Shown one piece after another: positions 1-14,196 of a stretch of DNA of 64,000 nucleotides; position 1 is the stretch's first letter; every line of letters starts with the position of its first letter. The DNA comes from Haliotis rubra (taxonomy: Eukaryota). Made by a program: the position numbers and the translations under genes. Where the stretch lies: contig NW_025766359.1 in assembly GCF_003918875.1 (NCBI RefSeq), positions 806,001-870,000 of the forward strand, in the 5' to 3' direction. Under the pieces are notes generated by a model. The model had not been told where the DNA came from. It saw nothing but the letters and a program-made list of their open reading frames with translations, and searched no databases.

Positions 1-272
1 CACCATAATGGTGGTGTTAAACATTTAACTTACGTGAACATACCAGTGTAAATACTTTTAGACCTTAAATACATCAGTACATACATATTGTTGTAGAGAT
101 ATGAATAATCTTCTGACATATACCACCATATCCTCCAATCGCGCAAATAATCTTTGTCGCTATAAGCTAAAAACCCAACAATGATTACTCCCTTGCACTG
201 TACTGCTTAACGAGCACAAACATGAGTTCACACGCACAAACGTAAATGGACATGCAGCAGGCAAATACTTAC

Positions 273-490
273 CAACGTTCAATAGTATCTGTATTTTAGA
301 TATGTGTAATATGCATCTGTCGTCGGTTGGTGTTAGACACCAATACTTTATGCTGATGCGAGTCTCGGCTGGCGTGTTTCCTTGGTCGATGTGTAAGGAT
401 CAACTTTGTCCTCTTCCGTGTGTTGGGTTATCAGGGACTGGTTATTGAGCCCGGTGTTCTATGTGTTGTTATTCATGTGCATTGCACAGT
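273..490 (-). other. Putative non-coding first exon / 5' region of another SDR paralog whose coding exons lie left of the window
   Basis: Positions 1-490 align with 13705-14195 and 17460-17910, including the GTAAGT donor at 272. Confidence 0.55.
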
Positions 491-1970
491 TTGCCACTAG
501 GAATACTAAGTACAATTCAGCTCAGTATTTGGTATATTAAACAGTATTTACTCATCTATGCATTAGTTTGGCTCTGCAAAATTTGTGATAATTAATGAAA
601 TAGACGATATATTGCGGGTTGGGTACTAGTTGTATGTCACCTAAATTACAGGAAAGCATGACAAGCTGACTGGATGATGTTTGGATGTTTGATTGAGTTC
701 ATCACTTTGATGATGAACTGGGTTTCGACTTTGTCATAGTGAAGTTGATTTACAGCTGTTCAATTAGCATCCAATCAGCCTGTTTACAATTTGTTGATCT
801 TACCCTCCGGATGATCCAATCCAACTGTGTGCAACTTGCTAAATTACCTGTCGCTGTTATTGTTAACCTGCTACTTGTCACGGTATACTATGCACGTATA
901 CGTCTATTCACCTGGTTGTAGTAACTTTTATCTTGATAACGATGTTTAAAAAAAATGCATGGAAACGGCCCTCTATGCATCAACAAGAAAGTGGTATCTG
1001 TAAACTCGGACTTTAGAATGCCCGATCAAAGAAGCATTGTGTTACGATTGGCATCGTGTTCTCAAAGCAGATTAACCTTTTTTTTTAACATATATAATTT
1101 CCTATATCTCGGTTTCTCACTACAGTGACTGAGACATATGTTATTATCATTACATCAAACAATGAACGTGCAGACGTCGCTTCAAGCCTTTAAGACCCAC
1201 ATTAGATAGCAGGCTACGGCAGATTTGAACATTCTTCTCAAACTATTATGGGCGAAACCGCATTATCAGTGGTTCGAGTAGCGAAGGGAGATAACTCTAG
1301 ATGCCGACTGGAGGTATGCTGTTTAGTTTCTTATATAAAAAACGCATGATGCTGAGAAAGTGATAACCCGCGTCATTCATTACTCAAATCATCATTAAAA
1401 CTATACAGTTTAGCGAGTGATTTCCATCTATATGAATAGTAGCATCTTGCTTTACGATTGTTAGACGTGTTTGTCAATATTACTAAATTGTGGATTACTT
1501 ACTAGCTGGTTGTTATATTGTGACGGATGGTGATCCACATTTTATTCCAATGATAATGAATCCACGAGTAACATCTGATGTTGAAGTAACCGATATATGA
1601 GACAGGAAAGGTGGGCAATTTCATTATCTTTCTTTGTAAGCAACAAAATTTTCTACATACGGTATCAGCAACCAAACTGTATATATTACACTGAAAACAG
1701 AAATGCATTACTACTACTACCTGTTACGTCCTGGCAAGAGTTTACGGTTATGACCGTGGCTCTGGTACAAATTTTATTTAATCCATGTGAGGTAGCTGTA
1801 CATATTTTGTATTTATACAATCATTGACTGGGGGAAATTAACACAGTTGCGCTTTGGAGTATAAAAACTAAAATATACACACAAACCCGTAGTTTTGAAA
1901 TGTGTATTTTTTAAAATATTAACTTTACAAATTATACATTTTTGAAAATCCCCTTTCCTTTCTTGTGTAC

Positions 1971-3634
1971 GGGAGCAGAACAAAAGCCACATGGACAAAA
2001 GCCCACCCGGACAAAAGCCACCCGGACACAAGCCACCTGGACACAAGCCACCTTGGACAAATACCACACGGGACAAATGCCACCAAGGACAAAAGTCACC
2101 CCGTTACTTTATCATTGCAGAGAGGACAATAACCACCCTTATTGACTTTAATGACATTTTTATTTAAATTTTATAAAGTGTTTAAGTTAAACAGAATTTG
2201 CCTTTGTTAGAAAAGGTTGACTTTGATACAAATGTTGATTTTTGTTATTATGAATTATGTTGACTTTGATGAATAATTTGGATTTCATAGTAATGTTTAC
2301 TTTATAAAAATGTGGATATAAATGGATTTTAAAATGTGATTTAAGAAATAATTTGGCCTTGAATTGGTGAGAAGCCTGTGAGTTAATGTAACTTCAACAA
2401 CCGAATCCTTATCTTTTCAACGACAAGGAATCTCGACCTCTTCGCACGTTCCCAACACTGGTTTGCTGGTGGAAGATTAAAGACAGCCCGTCAACTCTAT
2501 TACCAGCTTTTCACCATCCGTTGTTTGACCAGCAATGCTGTGATTCCTTGCGTGTATGCTCTCACACTCAAGAGACAGGAAGCGACATACAGGGACGTGT
2601 TCCCCAAGGCGAAGGAACTTGGAACAGACTTTGCCCCAAGGCACGCTGATGCTAGACTTTGAGAAAGCCATATATGGAATGCCGTGACTCTGAATTTCCA
2701 GGAATCGAGGTGAAGGGATGTTTTCACCACCCCAGTCAAAACATCTGCCGGCGGATCCAGAGTGCAGGACTTCAGGCAGCATCGACCGAGCTGCAGATGG
2801 AGTCCAGGATCATACTAGACCTGGCGTTCATCCCTGAAGACCAAGTGGTCGATGTCTTCGAAACCCTGGCCGACCGTCTGTCCGAGACACTACAACCTGT
2901 CCTGGACTACTTTGAGGACAGTTACATCGGTCGCCCACCGAGGACGACGACCACCAATGTTTTCAGTGTCAAGCTGGAACCAGCACCAGAGGACTTTGGA
3001 CAACATACCAATGATGAACACTAGCCTGGAAGGGTGGAACAGGAGATAACTCACAAGCATGGCAGGTTGTCATCCCAGCATCTGGCGTTTCTGAAATGTG
3101 TTGAGGGTGGAGCAAGCTCTGGAAGAGCAGGTGATTACCCAGGTGTTAGCCGGGCAGACCATCAAAAGTCACTGGAGGCAATATCGGGCTTGCCAGCAGC
3201 GTCTCTAGGTCATTGCTGCAGTCTTCAGAAGCAGGCATTAATGGAATACCTGAGGAGTGTAGCTCATAACATCAGACTTTGAATGTGAAATTGTATAGCA
3301 TTGAACTGGGATGATATATTGAAGAATATTGTTATGAACTAGTGCTCATGTTTGAAACATGCAACATCTTTTATATAGTATTTCATGGCGTATTTAGTGC
3401 TCAATAGTGCGACTAGTGCCAATGTTGGAAATTAAAAAAACACATCTAGTGTCTATTATTGTTAATGTTAAAAATGAAAAATGAAAACAAGATGACAATG
3501 AAAGCAAAATGAATGTCATTTTGCTCTTTTGTGTGTAAATGAAAAATGTATTATCATGCAAATACATCTGAGAAACATGATATTGAGTTGGTGGGTTTTT
3601 CATTTTTATTTGGGTGGCATTTGTCCGGGTGGCA
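1971..3634 (+). mobile_element. Degenerate Mutator-like (MULE) DNA transposon
   Basis: Frameshifted transposase pieces (IPCVYAL, DFEKA, VKGCFHH.SQ, LAFIPEDQV..F, VLDYFEDSYIG, NTSLEGWN, HPSIWRFL, YLRSVAHN) flanked by tandem GGACAAAAGCCACC repeats at 1980-2100 and their inverse (GGTGGCATTTGTCCGGGTGGC) at 3612-3633. Confidence 0.85.
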
Positions 3635-3924
3635 AAATTTAATTATAGATGTAAGATAAATAGGGTATTTATCCATGCTTTGTGAGAGATACTTTCAGTA
3701 TGTTTTATGAAACCATTAGCATGCATGCTCTGGTATGCATGTTTGTTATCATATTGTGTTGTTTTACTGTAATATGTTCAGATGTCTACATATGTATTTG
3801 ATACATCACCGATTTTGTAATGGAGTCTCCATGGTGAGGGAAGTGTACTTCTATTGTGTACTCAGTTTTGTTATCATATTTTCATGATGACACCCTGATT
3901 ATCTACACCTTAAGCCCATACGTC

Positions 3925-5484
3925 ACAAATATCATTTAAGTTACACAGAGCACACTATCTTTCATTCACTGGGATTCGTCGCCAACTGCTGTCTCGATTG
4001 GAAGAAAATGGTTGGAAGTTCGAAATTTTAACAAGTTATCGTAATGCAGAAAATTAAGGCATTGTTCAAAATTGAGAAATGGGTTGTTCAAAATGCTATT
4101 AGTGGCTGCTTGGGAAGTAATTGTTGACATCCATGTTTGCTGATAAATATCTTTTAATTTACTTTCAATAACAGTTTAAAGCTAAAATATACTTTCAGGA
4201 TTTTGGGCCGGATTTCCACATGAAACATCAGTTCAAGATCGCTGAATTTTTTTTCAAGATTATCAATTATCACTCAGACTCAACGAATATTGAATCAGTT
4301 GCTTCACTGCATGTTCCAACATGTCGTTTAAAGTGCCATTAAACACACAAAAAGTTGCATTTATCTAAGAGAATAAATGACCTCACCACGTTGAAGTTTA
4401 TATATGACTATCAAATTTTATGGTGTTCCCATACGTTTTGTTTGTAGTATATATAATCCTTGAATATCAATTTATAGATTAAGAAGCACGATTTTGACGA
4501 TTCTCAGGTAAAAGTTTAGCCCCAAAACATACCATTATGCTTTTAATAACATTTACACGTTGGAATCTACCAAACTCGCCATATACCATAAAGTTAGGTG
4601 TACCTTTCCTGAGTGATGCTAAATATTTGAGAAAGCGTAGATGAACATTTCCAAAACAGGAAGTATTTTCAAAATCCCACATCCATTAAAGAACTACAGT
4701 GACCATACAATCAAACAATTTAAATGACAATCAATGGAAAGTTTATGTTTTCTACCTTGGCTTAATACGAAAAACATTGCTTTTTCTGCCTTTTCCAGCA
4801 GTAAACGTTTGATTTCAGTAAATTTATCATTCTTTTGTAGTGTAATACCAAGATAGGGATAATAATCTACATTTTCCAAAATAATATCTCCAATATTGAA
4901 ATTCTTTTATATTCTGTTGTGGATCCACCGAAAAAAAGAATTTTGGATTTGGATGTGTTATTTTTAAGCTTCCATTTTTTATAATAATTATGAAAAGAAT
5001 CTAACATAATTTGCAAATTACAAGGGTCTGCGGACATAAGGACGGTATTATCAGCATATAGCAGTGTACAAAGTGCAATAAGCGTAATCTGGCGGTTGTG
5101 AAAATCACCGGATGAAGGTTTTAAGCCACAACGTCAATCGGGGACTATAGCATCTTCAACATTATTAAGAAATAGTGAAAACAAAGCTGGAGACAAATTC
5201 TCTCCTTGACGGACACCTGGTTTACATAGAAAGAAATTGGAATAATCACCGCCGTTTCAAAAACATGATTATATACTTTGATACATGTTAAAAATTACCT
5301 TAAAGCATTTCCCAGATATGTTATTTTCTAAAAGGTTTTGCCAGAACCCTGATCTCCAGATGGTATCAAATTCTTTTTTGAAAATCGATAAATGCGCAAT
5401 ATAACTTTTTTTACACTTTAAATAGTTCCGAAAGGTGACATAAAGTGAAATGGTCACTTGCCGAATATCCTTTCCTGAAACCAA
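3925..5484 (-). mobile_element. Degenerate non-LTR retrotransposon (LINE) ORF2: RT domain to C-terminus
   Basis: Minus-strand translations FDTIWRSG, GVRQGENLSPALFSLFLNN, LLYADN (YADD), YPYLGI, MVYGEFGR, FRTSNHFLPIET and C..C, with many stops and frameshifts. Confidence 0.88.
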
Positions 5485-7235
5485 CCATAGAGATCCAAAC
5501 AGACTTCCCAGACTAAAAGAGCACCTTCAGACTGGCAGGAAAACCTTCCTTGATGCTGCTGGACATTCGATTTATACAGCAAAGTAATTGTTCTTTGTGT
5601 GACCTCCCTGATAACTAAGCTGAGTGAAATAAGATGTCTGTATCATGACTGACCAAGAGATATGTATTTTGACTAACTGATCAATTTAGACTTGTCAAAT
5701 TGACATATTTGTTCCATATTTTGTATATATGTGTTACATTCCATCACATTTTGTCAATTCCAATGATTATGTATTATATTCCATGACATTTTGTCAAGTC
5801 CAATGAATGAAATGCATTCAGAAAGAATAAAGATACACTATTTTATGTCATTTTTCACGTATTGCCTACAATTAACTTTTTGGTCAAGTTCATTTTAGTA
5901 GGGGTAGAATAGTTCAGCACATTAACCTTACTTCCGTATCACTGGACCGTATCATGTTGTTTTAACGTGTAGGCAGAATGGGACTGTGGGCAGAATTGGA
6001 AGACATCTTCTCAAATGTAATTGGGCATCTATTCGGTTCATCTGACATGTCGCCTTCCGTTTCCTTACTTAACAGCTGCATCCTTTTTTCAAGATTTTGG
6101 TTCTCACAGTGCTTTAATGGTACTACTTGAACAGTCCCATCAGCTGCACTTCCATGGAGTGTCTCATACTTGGATGCTGAATTAACAGCACGCTGAACTC
6201 TGAATCTATCATATATTGTGTTTGATAGACCTTTTTTTTCATTGAACCGTTCAAGGTAGAGGGTATTCCATTTTGGACGGATAATATTTGGGAACCAAGT
6301 TGTAGAATTGTACATGGATTAAGAAAATGATTATTCCATTCACAACGAGTTATAAATTTCTTGGAAATACGCCGGTTTCGTGTAAGCATGTTTCAATGAT
6401 GTGTTCATGGACATGGTCGGGGCGAACTGCGAAGTTTACATTGAATGTTGTTCTGCTATTGTTATAAACTCAGGGTTATTTAGATGCTGTGTCTGTCACG
6501 TCGGAAACGGCTACGTGCATCTGGCATGTTTGAAGATGGAACAAGACCATTGTGATCCGAACTCTTAACGTTTAGAAATCAGTAAAAAAGCAGATTACAA
6601 TAGCGATATCGACAGACAAGTAACGTTGAAGGCAAACTTCTAACATGTGATTCCCATGGAAAGTCAGGAAAGAAGCATCTCGTATCTCGTTAGGGATGAC
6701 GAGCGTGACCTGTTGTCTCTCTTCCATGTTCTGTATCTACTTGTCTCTCGACAAGTTTCACACAAGACCTCTTTATAAGAACGATGCTTGAAAACAGAGG
6801 TTAAAGTGGCTATCAAATTGGACATGGGCTTCGTCACTTCATCCAATGACCATACATGGACAGGCACAATAGTTTCGCAGCATAACCAAATAATAATTTG
6901 AACAAAAGCAACTTTATATACTCAGATATGTTTACCATCGGCAATTTCATGATACCGTATATATCATCTCCATTTTAGTGTCCAGATAATGAGGCATATT
7001 TACAATTCTTGGATGAGGTTGAATTTCTCATGCTTTTAAACTAAAATATACATGAACGAAAATCATGCAAATACATATAAAGGAACAGAAGCTGAATAAA
7101 TTAACATTCGTTCAGATTTCAACTGTGTCAGTAGGTAAGTTATGAGATATCACGTTGTACTGTTCATGTACCGTCGTCATGTTTTACTCAATATATTCCG
7201 CGTATAATGGTAAATGTTCTTTCTTCTGGTATGTT

Positions 7236-10200
7236 CTACACTGCACCCTCTGGCACCAGGAAATTGGCCGTGAGGACCCGATCAGAGATCCACTCAGGCA
7301 GATTCCACAACAATCTAAAGTAGTATTTACAGTCGTTTCCCACCAGGTAGCGAGTGCGGGGGAACGTGGCGATGATGGCGTGTGTGTAGGCGTCCACAAC
7401 CAGGTGCGTCTTGGGGGACGCCACTTTCTCCAGCATCTCGGTAATTCTGGTTTTCACTGGATATGAAAGAAAACAGTTTGAAACATTTATAATATTGTAA
7501 TTGCGAAACAATTGGGCTTGCAATATCCTGGACAGGTTGGGAGTATCTCTTAACTCCATGACACCCGCCAAAATGGTTGCGTCTTAAAGTTTTGTTACCA
7601 TTATTACCATATACTGTAACTCCAAATATGACAGGAACAGTGTCAAGGATGATGAGTAACACCCCATGCCACTAGGGTACGAAGGCACACAAATACTGGG
7701 CGTACAGTAATCGTAGATCATGAAACGCTTGACTTCACAGTGACCTACTCTCACAAGTAGAATGCTTCACTACAGCGTCATTTCTTCTGCTAAACAGGAC
7801 TTTCCGATTCGTTATTTGATATCGAGATGCTTTACTTAAAGTCATACTTTTCGGGACGAATTCGCCTCCATAGTAACGCTGTACTTCTGGGTCTGTCTGA
7901 TTGAAACATGTCTGGAAGGACTTGGTGATGGCGTCCACATTCACTATATCTGTTCTGAAGAAGCCAGGCTCCAGTAAATGGACACTAACGCCCTGTTTTA
8001 AAACCTCACGTCTGAAATTAAGAAAACAAAACATGACTTTGGTGTGTGTGAGTTATAATTTGACACATCTAAAAATCTCTGCCTTTTCCAATCCGTAACA
8101 TTTTGAAACTGAATCTGAATTGTTAAAGTATGCATGAAAAATATGTGAGAGCTTTGATCTAATGTGGCGACAATCCCGCTCCCCCAGTGATGAGTGCTGT
8201 GGATTCACAACGAGACCAAGCTGCCTTGAATGTCTGTCGGCAGGAACCCAGACTCCCGGGAAACAACAGTGGGACATTACTGCGTGTCCCAGACAGTTAT
8301 TTCGAGCATTCGTTAATCCAGACGCAAGTTAATCCGGACGACGCTCTGAGACCTTTCTATGTGCTCTCGATAAATCAGCAACTAGATCCGGTTATTGTCT
8401 CACAACATCGAGATCTCCGACAGAGTATTTGGAATGTGAATGACGACACCAAAGACGAAGGACAGCTTACAACAAGCATCAGGCTCCATCACGGAATATA
8501 TACACATGGAACTGAATTAAGCACCCCCTAATCTATTCCACCATACTGATCATATGTCAATGATTCCATTGTTTAGTAGCACATTTCAGATATTGAAAAA
8601 CAAGGTTTCAATTTGAAAGGGTTGCCAAATTGCAGCCCACATGTAACATATGTTACATTTGGGATTACACTTTCTCAGTAAAGTACAGATTCCAGTACTT
8701 TTGTTAGGTTGAGGCCCATCCGGGATTCGTACCCACACCCTCAGAGTCAGGCACCTAATCGCCAGCACACAAAGTGCTAGCGCTCAGCCTACGCGGCTTC
8801 CACAAAAATGGAAGTTGTACAACTGGTAGTCTAGAATGCGGACTTTGTGTACCCCTGTAAATGGCATTGTGTATTTCATAGCTTTCGGCCGTGGGAGCCG
8901 TGCCAATTAATCAGAGGGCTACACAAAGTCTCGTTACTTTACTAAGAAAGTGTAATCCCAACTATAACATATGTTATATTTGACCACTTTCTAAATGGCA
9001 TTGTGTATTTCATGCAGTCCACATGCATGTGTAGCCTGCTTCCCATCCATGTCACGAAACGCAGTATCTCTGCCGGGCCGTTCAAAGCTATAAAACCTGT
9101 GAATAAATAACATGGATGAATGACATGGGGTGGAGAAGACTTTCATGGGGACTGAGAAAGCAGATAGTCGGAATGCATTGCAGCTGGCCATTGGGCGTTA
9201 GCTTGGTTACTGTCACTCTATCATCAGTACACTTAGGCGGAAACACCAACCAACCAACAGGCCCTATCAAGGGCAACAACAGAAGACCACTCCAACGGGA
9301 GATTCTGACCCGATACTGACCCGATACGTGAGTCGTGAACCTTTCGCCACGACCATTCGTTTGAAGCACCTCTGGGTGCCCAACACATGTTTGTCAACAG
9401 AGACCTAGGAATGACCAGAATTGCGTTTTCTTAAATAAGGAAAGCACGAATAGCAAACCAACTACTGAACCAACAGCAGATATAATAGGAGATGAGCTAC
9501 CCAAAGGTACCAGTAAGATGACAACATGACCATACATACATGAATAATATCTACATGGAAATATATAACCCCGCTACGACGTGTCAAGCAAAGTTGCCAA
9601 AATATGTATAAGCTCACCGACACCGATAACCAATATCAAACCATATGAACATATGCGATGTTTTGAATAATATTTATGGACAACAAATTCCCTTATACGT
9701 TTAAAGGTGCCAGGCTGTGCCCATTGTCGGTCAGCGATGAGCAGGCAAGGCGCTACAGTCACTGGATCGAGAAGAGAGTTTCAAGACCCGGCGACAACAC
9801 GAACAACATAATGTTAACATGAGTGCAGATAAATCATAACAAGAAGACAGAATCATCAATATCCCCCGCAATGGCAAAATACTCTTCATGATTATGTTTA
9901 CGAGTTATGATTATGTCAAATATTTAGGTGTGTATATAGTAAAGTGGAAGGAGAGTATTGAAAGGTTTTGAAAGTTCTGCTCCAGAAAGGAGCACTATCA
10001 CCAATTTCAGTCTAAGTCAAACTTGTTGCCATGGAAATGACAAAAATATTTTATTCAGATTTCCAAAACTACCAAAAGGCACCAGTACACCACCAGATCT
10101 ATCTATGTGCCAAGTTTGGTGAAGAAATAGTGAACAGTTTTAGAGTTCAGCTCCGGAAAAGAGCACTACCACAATTTCAGTCTAAGTCAAACTTGTTGCT

Positions 10201-12773
10201 ATGGAAACGCCAAAAATATTTTATTCAGAATTCCAAAACTACCAAAAGGCACAAGTACACCACCATATCTATCTGTGTGCCAAGTTTGGTGAAGAAATAT
10301 TGAACGGTTTTAGAGTTCTGCTCCGGAAAAGAGCACTACCACCAATTTCAGTCAAAGTCGAACTTGTTGCCATGGAAACGCCAAAAATATTTAATTCAAA
10401 ATTCCAAAACTACCAAAAGGCACCAGTACACCACCACATCCATGTATTCGCCAAGTTTGGTGAAGAAATATTGAACGGTTTTAGAGTTCTGCTCCGGAAA
10501 AGACAAATGTGCACGGACGGACGGACGCACGCACGGACAGGGTCCATTTTAATACCCCCCGCAAAACGCATTGCGGGGGATAATGAAGCAGTCCTCAGTG
10601 TATGACTAGTGTTTTAAGTTTGGCAAACCCTAATATCCCGATACCATACATGGCTGGTACCAGGAGCATGTCAGTGTTTACATGTAAAAATACACATGCA
10701 CACATGTCCACTGAACACAATACTGAAAACACAACTATATAATTATTATATTATTTCAACCTTTACATTTCAAACTAAACCAGTCAATTTTTTGTAAGTA
10801 TACAAACCTGAGACAATCTGTGAAACCTTCAACACCATATTTGGACACAACATAGGGGGCAGACGTGGCAGCTATCCTTCCCATCATGCTTGATATATTG
10901 ACCACACGACCACGACATCTGCGCACAAGGGGTAGGAAGGTTTTCGTGACATCAATGACACCGTACAGATTGACGGACAGACAACGTTCATAATCCGCTC
11001 TTGTCAGCCACTCTATCTGACCTACGGCGCCTGATATTCCTGCATTGTTCACAATTGCCCATAAACCTGTGCCAAAAGAAACAGTGTGTTTTGAAGTCTG
11101 CGCCTGTGATAAACACGGACAACTGACAGCATGGCCCTGTGGCAAGCACATCATGAAAAGGGGTTGATTTCTCAAATGTCTATAAAGTGTGAACCCGATG
11201 TTTTGTTTAAACAACGCATCAGTTTACATTTGCACATAACCTATTACATGATGAAAACAAACATACCCGCATACGCACGCGACACACACTATACGGTATC
11301 CTGTTTGTCAAAAATGACAGGTAAAAAACAAATATATGTGACCAATGACCTGACTGAATCGAATGTGCCATCTGACAAACCCAGAAATGCACAGGTTGTT
11401 GCAATTCCGTATTCTACCATGGCTACGTGAAATGCTCGAATTTGATTGGTCAAGCCATAAAATCAGACGGTATCAATTTGGATTGAAAATGCGTCTGATT
11501 TCACGGCGCTTCACTGCGAACGTATACAACACTGCCGCACTACTTCAGCTTGGCCACCAACATGACTAATATCAATACAACAGACGGAAATGCTGATGAA
11601 ACATTTATTATAACTCGAAAAATACAATTATACGATTTCTCCTCCACAATTATTAGGGGACCTCACTATCATAATTATTACCTTCTATTATAAAAATATT
11701 CAAACTCAATTACAATACACAGCCCCACACATAAACAAACAATTTCTAACATATAAATCAGAAAACCTTGTAACAATACATCCCTATCTATCCCTATTTG
11801 TGCGGCAAAACGTTCGTAAACATTTACCTACCTGGTAAATGGTATATTTGTTTCCGTTCAGAATGGGAAATTCGCAAGATAACTGTCAGGTGAAACACAA
11901 AATTTGCCACTCATACTCCATCATGTCCCGTTGCATCGTTCAAAATGTCATTAGTGTGGCCAGGGGGTACAGTAACACGGCACACAAAACAATAGGCTGG
12001 TTTCCGTCTTGTGGGGTTATGATTATAAAAACCAAGCTCTTAGGTGTTACATTATTGCATTGAATAAACAGTAGTTTGTTTTCTTTGGACAGAATATTTT
12101 TTATGTTGCAATGTTAAAAAAAATACGAAAGGAACCTACCACTCCTTTATCAGACGAGTTCAATTCGCCTCTCATCCCATGCCGGATTACGCAGTGTCTT
12201 CCGCAGGACGAGGAAGTTCGACGTTAAATCAGTTATGGTAGAAGGGAGATAAACATAAACATCTGTGTTTGGAATGAATGTTAGACCGATTGATAGTCTC
12301 TAAATTAATCATTTGAAACCTGAAATTACGCGTTCGGCTTCAAATGAAATTTAGAGACTATCAATTCGGTCTAACATTCATTTAATTTCCAAACACAGTA
12401 CGTTTATCTCCTAATTTCGAACTGATACATGTTCAACTGTCTTTAGGTAACTACCTTTATTTGACGGAAGTTGTCTTTCAACTGTTGCACGCGCCTTCAC
12501 AATACTGTCAGGTTTAGTCACATCCAACGACAACGTCTTCAGTCGGGAAGACGACACTTTCCTCAGTTCGTCTGCTCCTCTTTCAGAGAAACACGCTGCA
12601 AACACGTTGAAGCCGAGGGAGTCCAGTCGTTTGGCCAGTAGGTTCCCAAAGCCGGTGTCGCAGCCGGTGATGAAGACGTAACGCTCCCCATATTTGCCGA
12701 CAGTTGGAAGTCTCATCAGCTCCTTCAGGAGAAGAAAAACCACCACCGCAGCTACAACGTACAGCCACACCAT
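7236..12773 (-). CDS. Short-chain dehydrogenase/reductase, SDR9C family (retinol dehydrogenase / 17-beta-HSD6 / DHRS9-like), copy A, 320 aa
   Basis: Coding exons 12773-12455, 11066-10808, 8011-7848, 7456-7236; all GT-AG with compatible phases (319+259+164+221 = 963 nt). Hydrophobic N-terminal anchor, Rossmann motif TGCDTGFG, NNAG, catalytic Ser (NISS) and YVVSK (YxxxK), C-terminal PRTRYLVG typical of SDR9C. Confidence 0.93.
8690..8800 (-). repeat. Degenerate tRNA-like / SINE-like segment inside a repeat element
   Basis: Minus strand has a B-box-like gggtacgaatccc. Short direct repeats flank it (taacatatgtta 8644/8965; taaatggcattgtgtatttcat 8857/8992). Confidence 0.35.
9838..10583 (+). mobile_element. 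Non-autonomous Helentron-associated (HINE / pearl-like) element with internal satellite
   Basis: 5' aacaag plus subterminal atcccccgcaat; three ~170-bp tandem units (registers 9974/10145/10315/10486); (ACGG)n microsatellite; 3' hairpin cccccgcaaaacgcattgcggggg complementary to the 5' subterminal repeat. Confidence 0.8.
11413..12412. mobile_element. Insertion in an SDR copy A intron ending in a long hairpin (non-autonomous DNA element)
   Basis: Absent from the paralogous intron of copy B (gcaattccgtatt|tcgaactg joined at ~15933). Inverted repeat at 12245-12411. Confidence 0.65.
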
Positions 12774-13997
12774 CTTGAATACCTGGTGTGGTGAGAGAGA
12801 GAAAAGAAAATGCATAGCTGTTCATAAAATTGAACAAAAAAAATCGAAAACCATAAACGTATAATACTTGAAGAACTTCCAGGAACCTTTGAATGATTTC
12901 TTGCTCCTATTGTTTCATTAGTGCATAATACTCGATTCGATTTTTACTACACTGAACATTTCTCAATAGCAAGATCTGTCTGGTCCTTGTCAGAAAAACT
13001 TTTAATCAATATATTTGTGACAATTCAGTATTGCATTGTTCCAGTTTGAGGTTCACTTCAGTCTGTACACTATTCAGCCTTTAAACTTACACACACTGAT
13101 CGTCTAAAAATGTCAGATGTTGACATTCTAACTGGAGTTTTATTTGTCAAGGCTTATATATCTGTAATGAATTACACTTACTCTTGATTATGATCATGTA
13201 CACAACTGCCAAGGATTTAGTGAGTGACATATGACCTTGTGGACGTCATTATTTAAACATACAGAGGGCGACTAACAGCTACAATATATTATATTATTGG
13301 CAACATTGCGAAAGCACGCATCTACCAAATTGATTTTGTGACCCAAACATATTTTAATTTTTTTTTCTATTCCGTATTTCTAGGTATATCCCCAGTGTGA
13401 CGAACACGGGACTCACACACTCATCCGTATAGCTCTTACTGTCATATTCACTTTTATCCACAAGCAGAGAATATTTTGGTGGACTATATCTAGAAGGCTC
13501 ATACACATCGAATTAAATTATCGTGTTCAGTAGAATGATACCGTGATCATAGGTAACACATTCCCGATTAGAATTTGTAGGACTTAACACCAAGCTGTTG
13601 CTTGGACTGTAATTTATCACAACACCTGGTCAAGGTGAAATGAACATGTAACCTGCATAGATAAGGGCGCCATACTAACCGGTGGCTCATCTTAAAAAAC
13701 GGTTCTCGCCATAATGGGCGTGTTAAACATTTAACGTACGTGAAAATACTAAGTAAATACTTTTAGTGCTTTAGTACATCGGTACATACATGCTGTCGTA
13801 GAGATATGAAAAATCTTCTTCTTGAGATATACCAACATATCCTCCAATTGCACAAATAGTCTCCGTCGCTAGGAGCTAAAGACCCAACTATAATTTCTCC
13901 CCCAGTCGTGCTTGGCAAGCACAAACATGGGTTGATTTTGAATGGGGTCACGCGCACAAAAGTGACATGAAAGGACATACAGCTAGCAAATACTTAC

Positions 13998-14195
13998 CAA
14001 CCTTCAATGTTATCTGTATTTTAGATATGTGTAATATGCATCTGTTGTCGGTTGGTGCTAAACACCAATACTTTATGCTGATGCGAGTCTCGGCTAGTGC
14101 GTTTCCTTCGTCGGTGTGTAACGATCGACTTTGTCCTCTTCTCTGGGTTGCGTTATCAGGGACTGGTTACTAAGCCCGGTGTTCAATGTGCTGCT
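13998..14195 (-). other. Putative non-coding first exon / 5' region of SDR copy A
   Basis: Consensus donor ttg|GTAAGT at 13997. The block is conserved in three copies (273, 13998, 17699). The first coding exon has an acceptor 9 nt before its ATG, so an upstream exon is expected. The 5' boundary is approximate. Confidence 0.55.
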
Positions 14196-14196
14196 A

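Noticed and set aside
5490-6870. Short ORFs possibly from another transposon
   Set aside because: No motif I can assign with confidence.
10031-10605. ORFs with repeated FQNYQKAPVHH
   Set aside because: Translation of the 170-bp satellite units.
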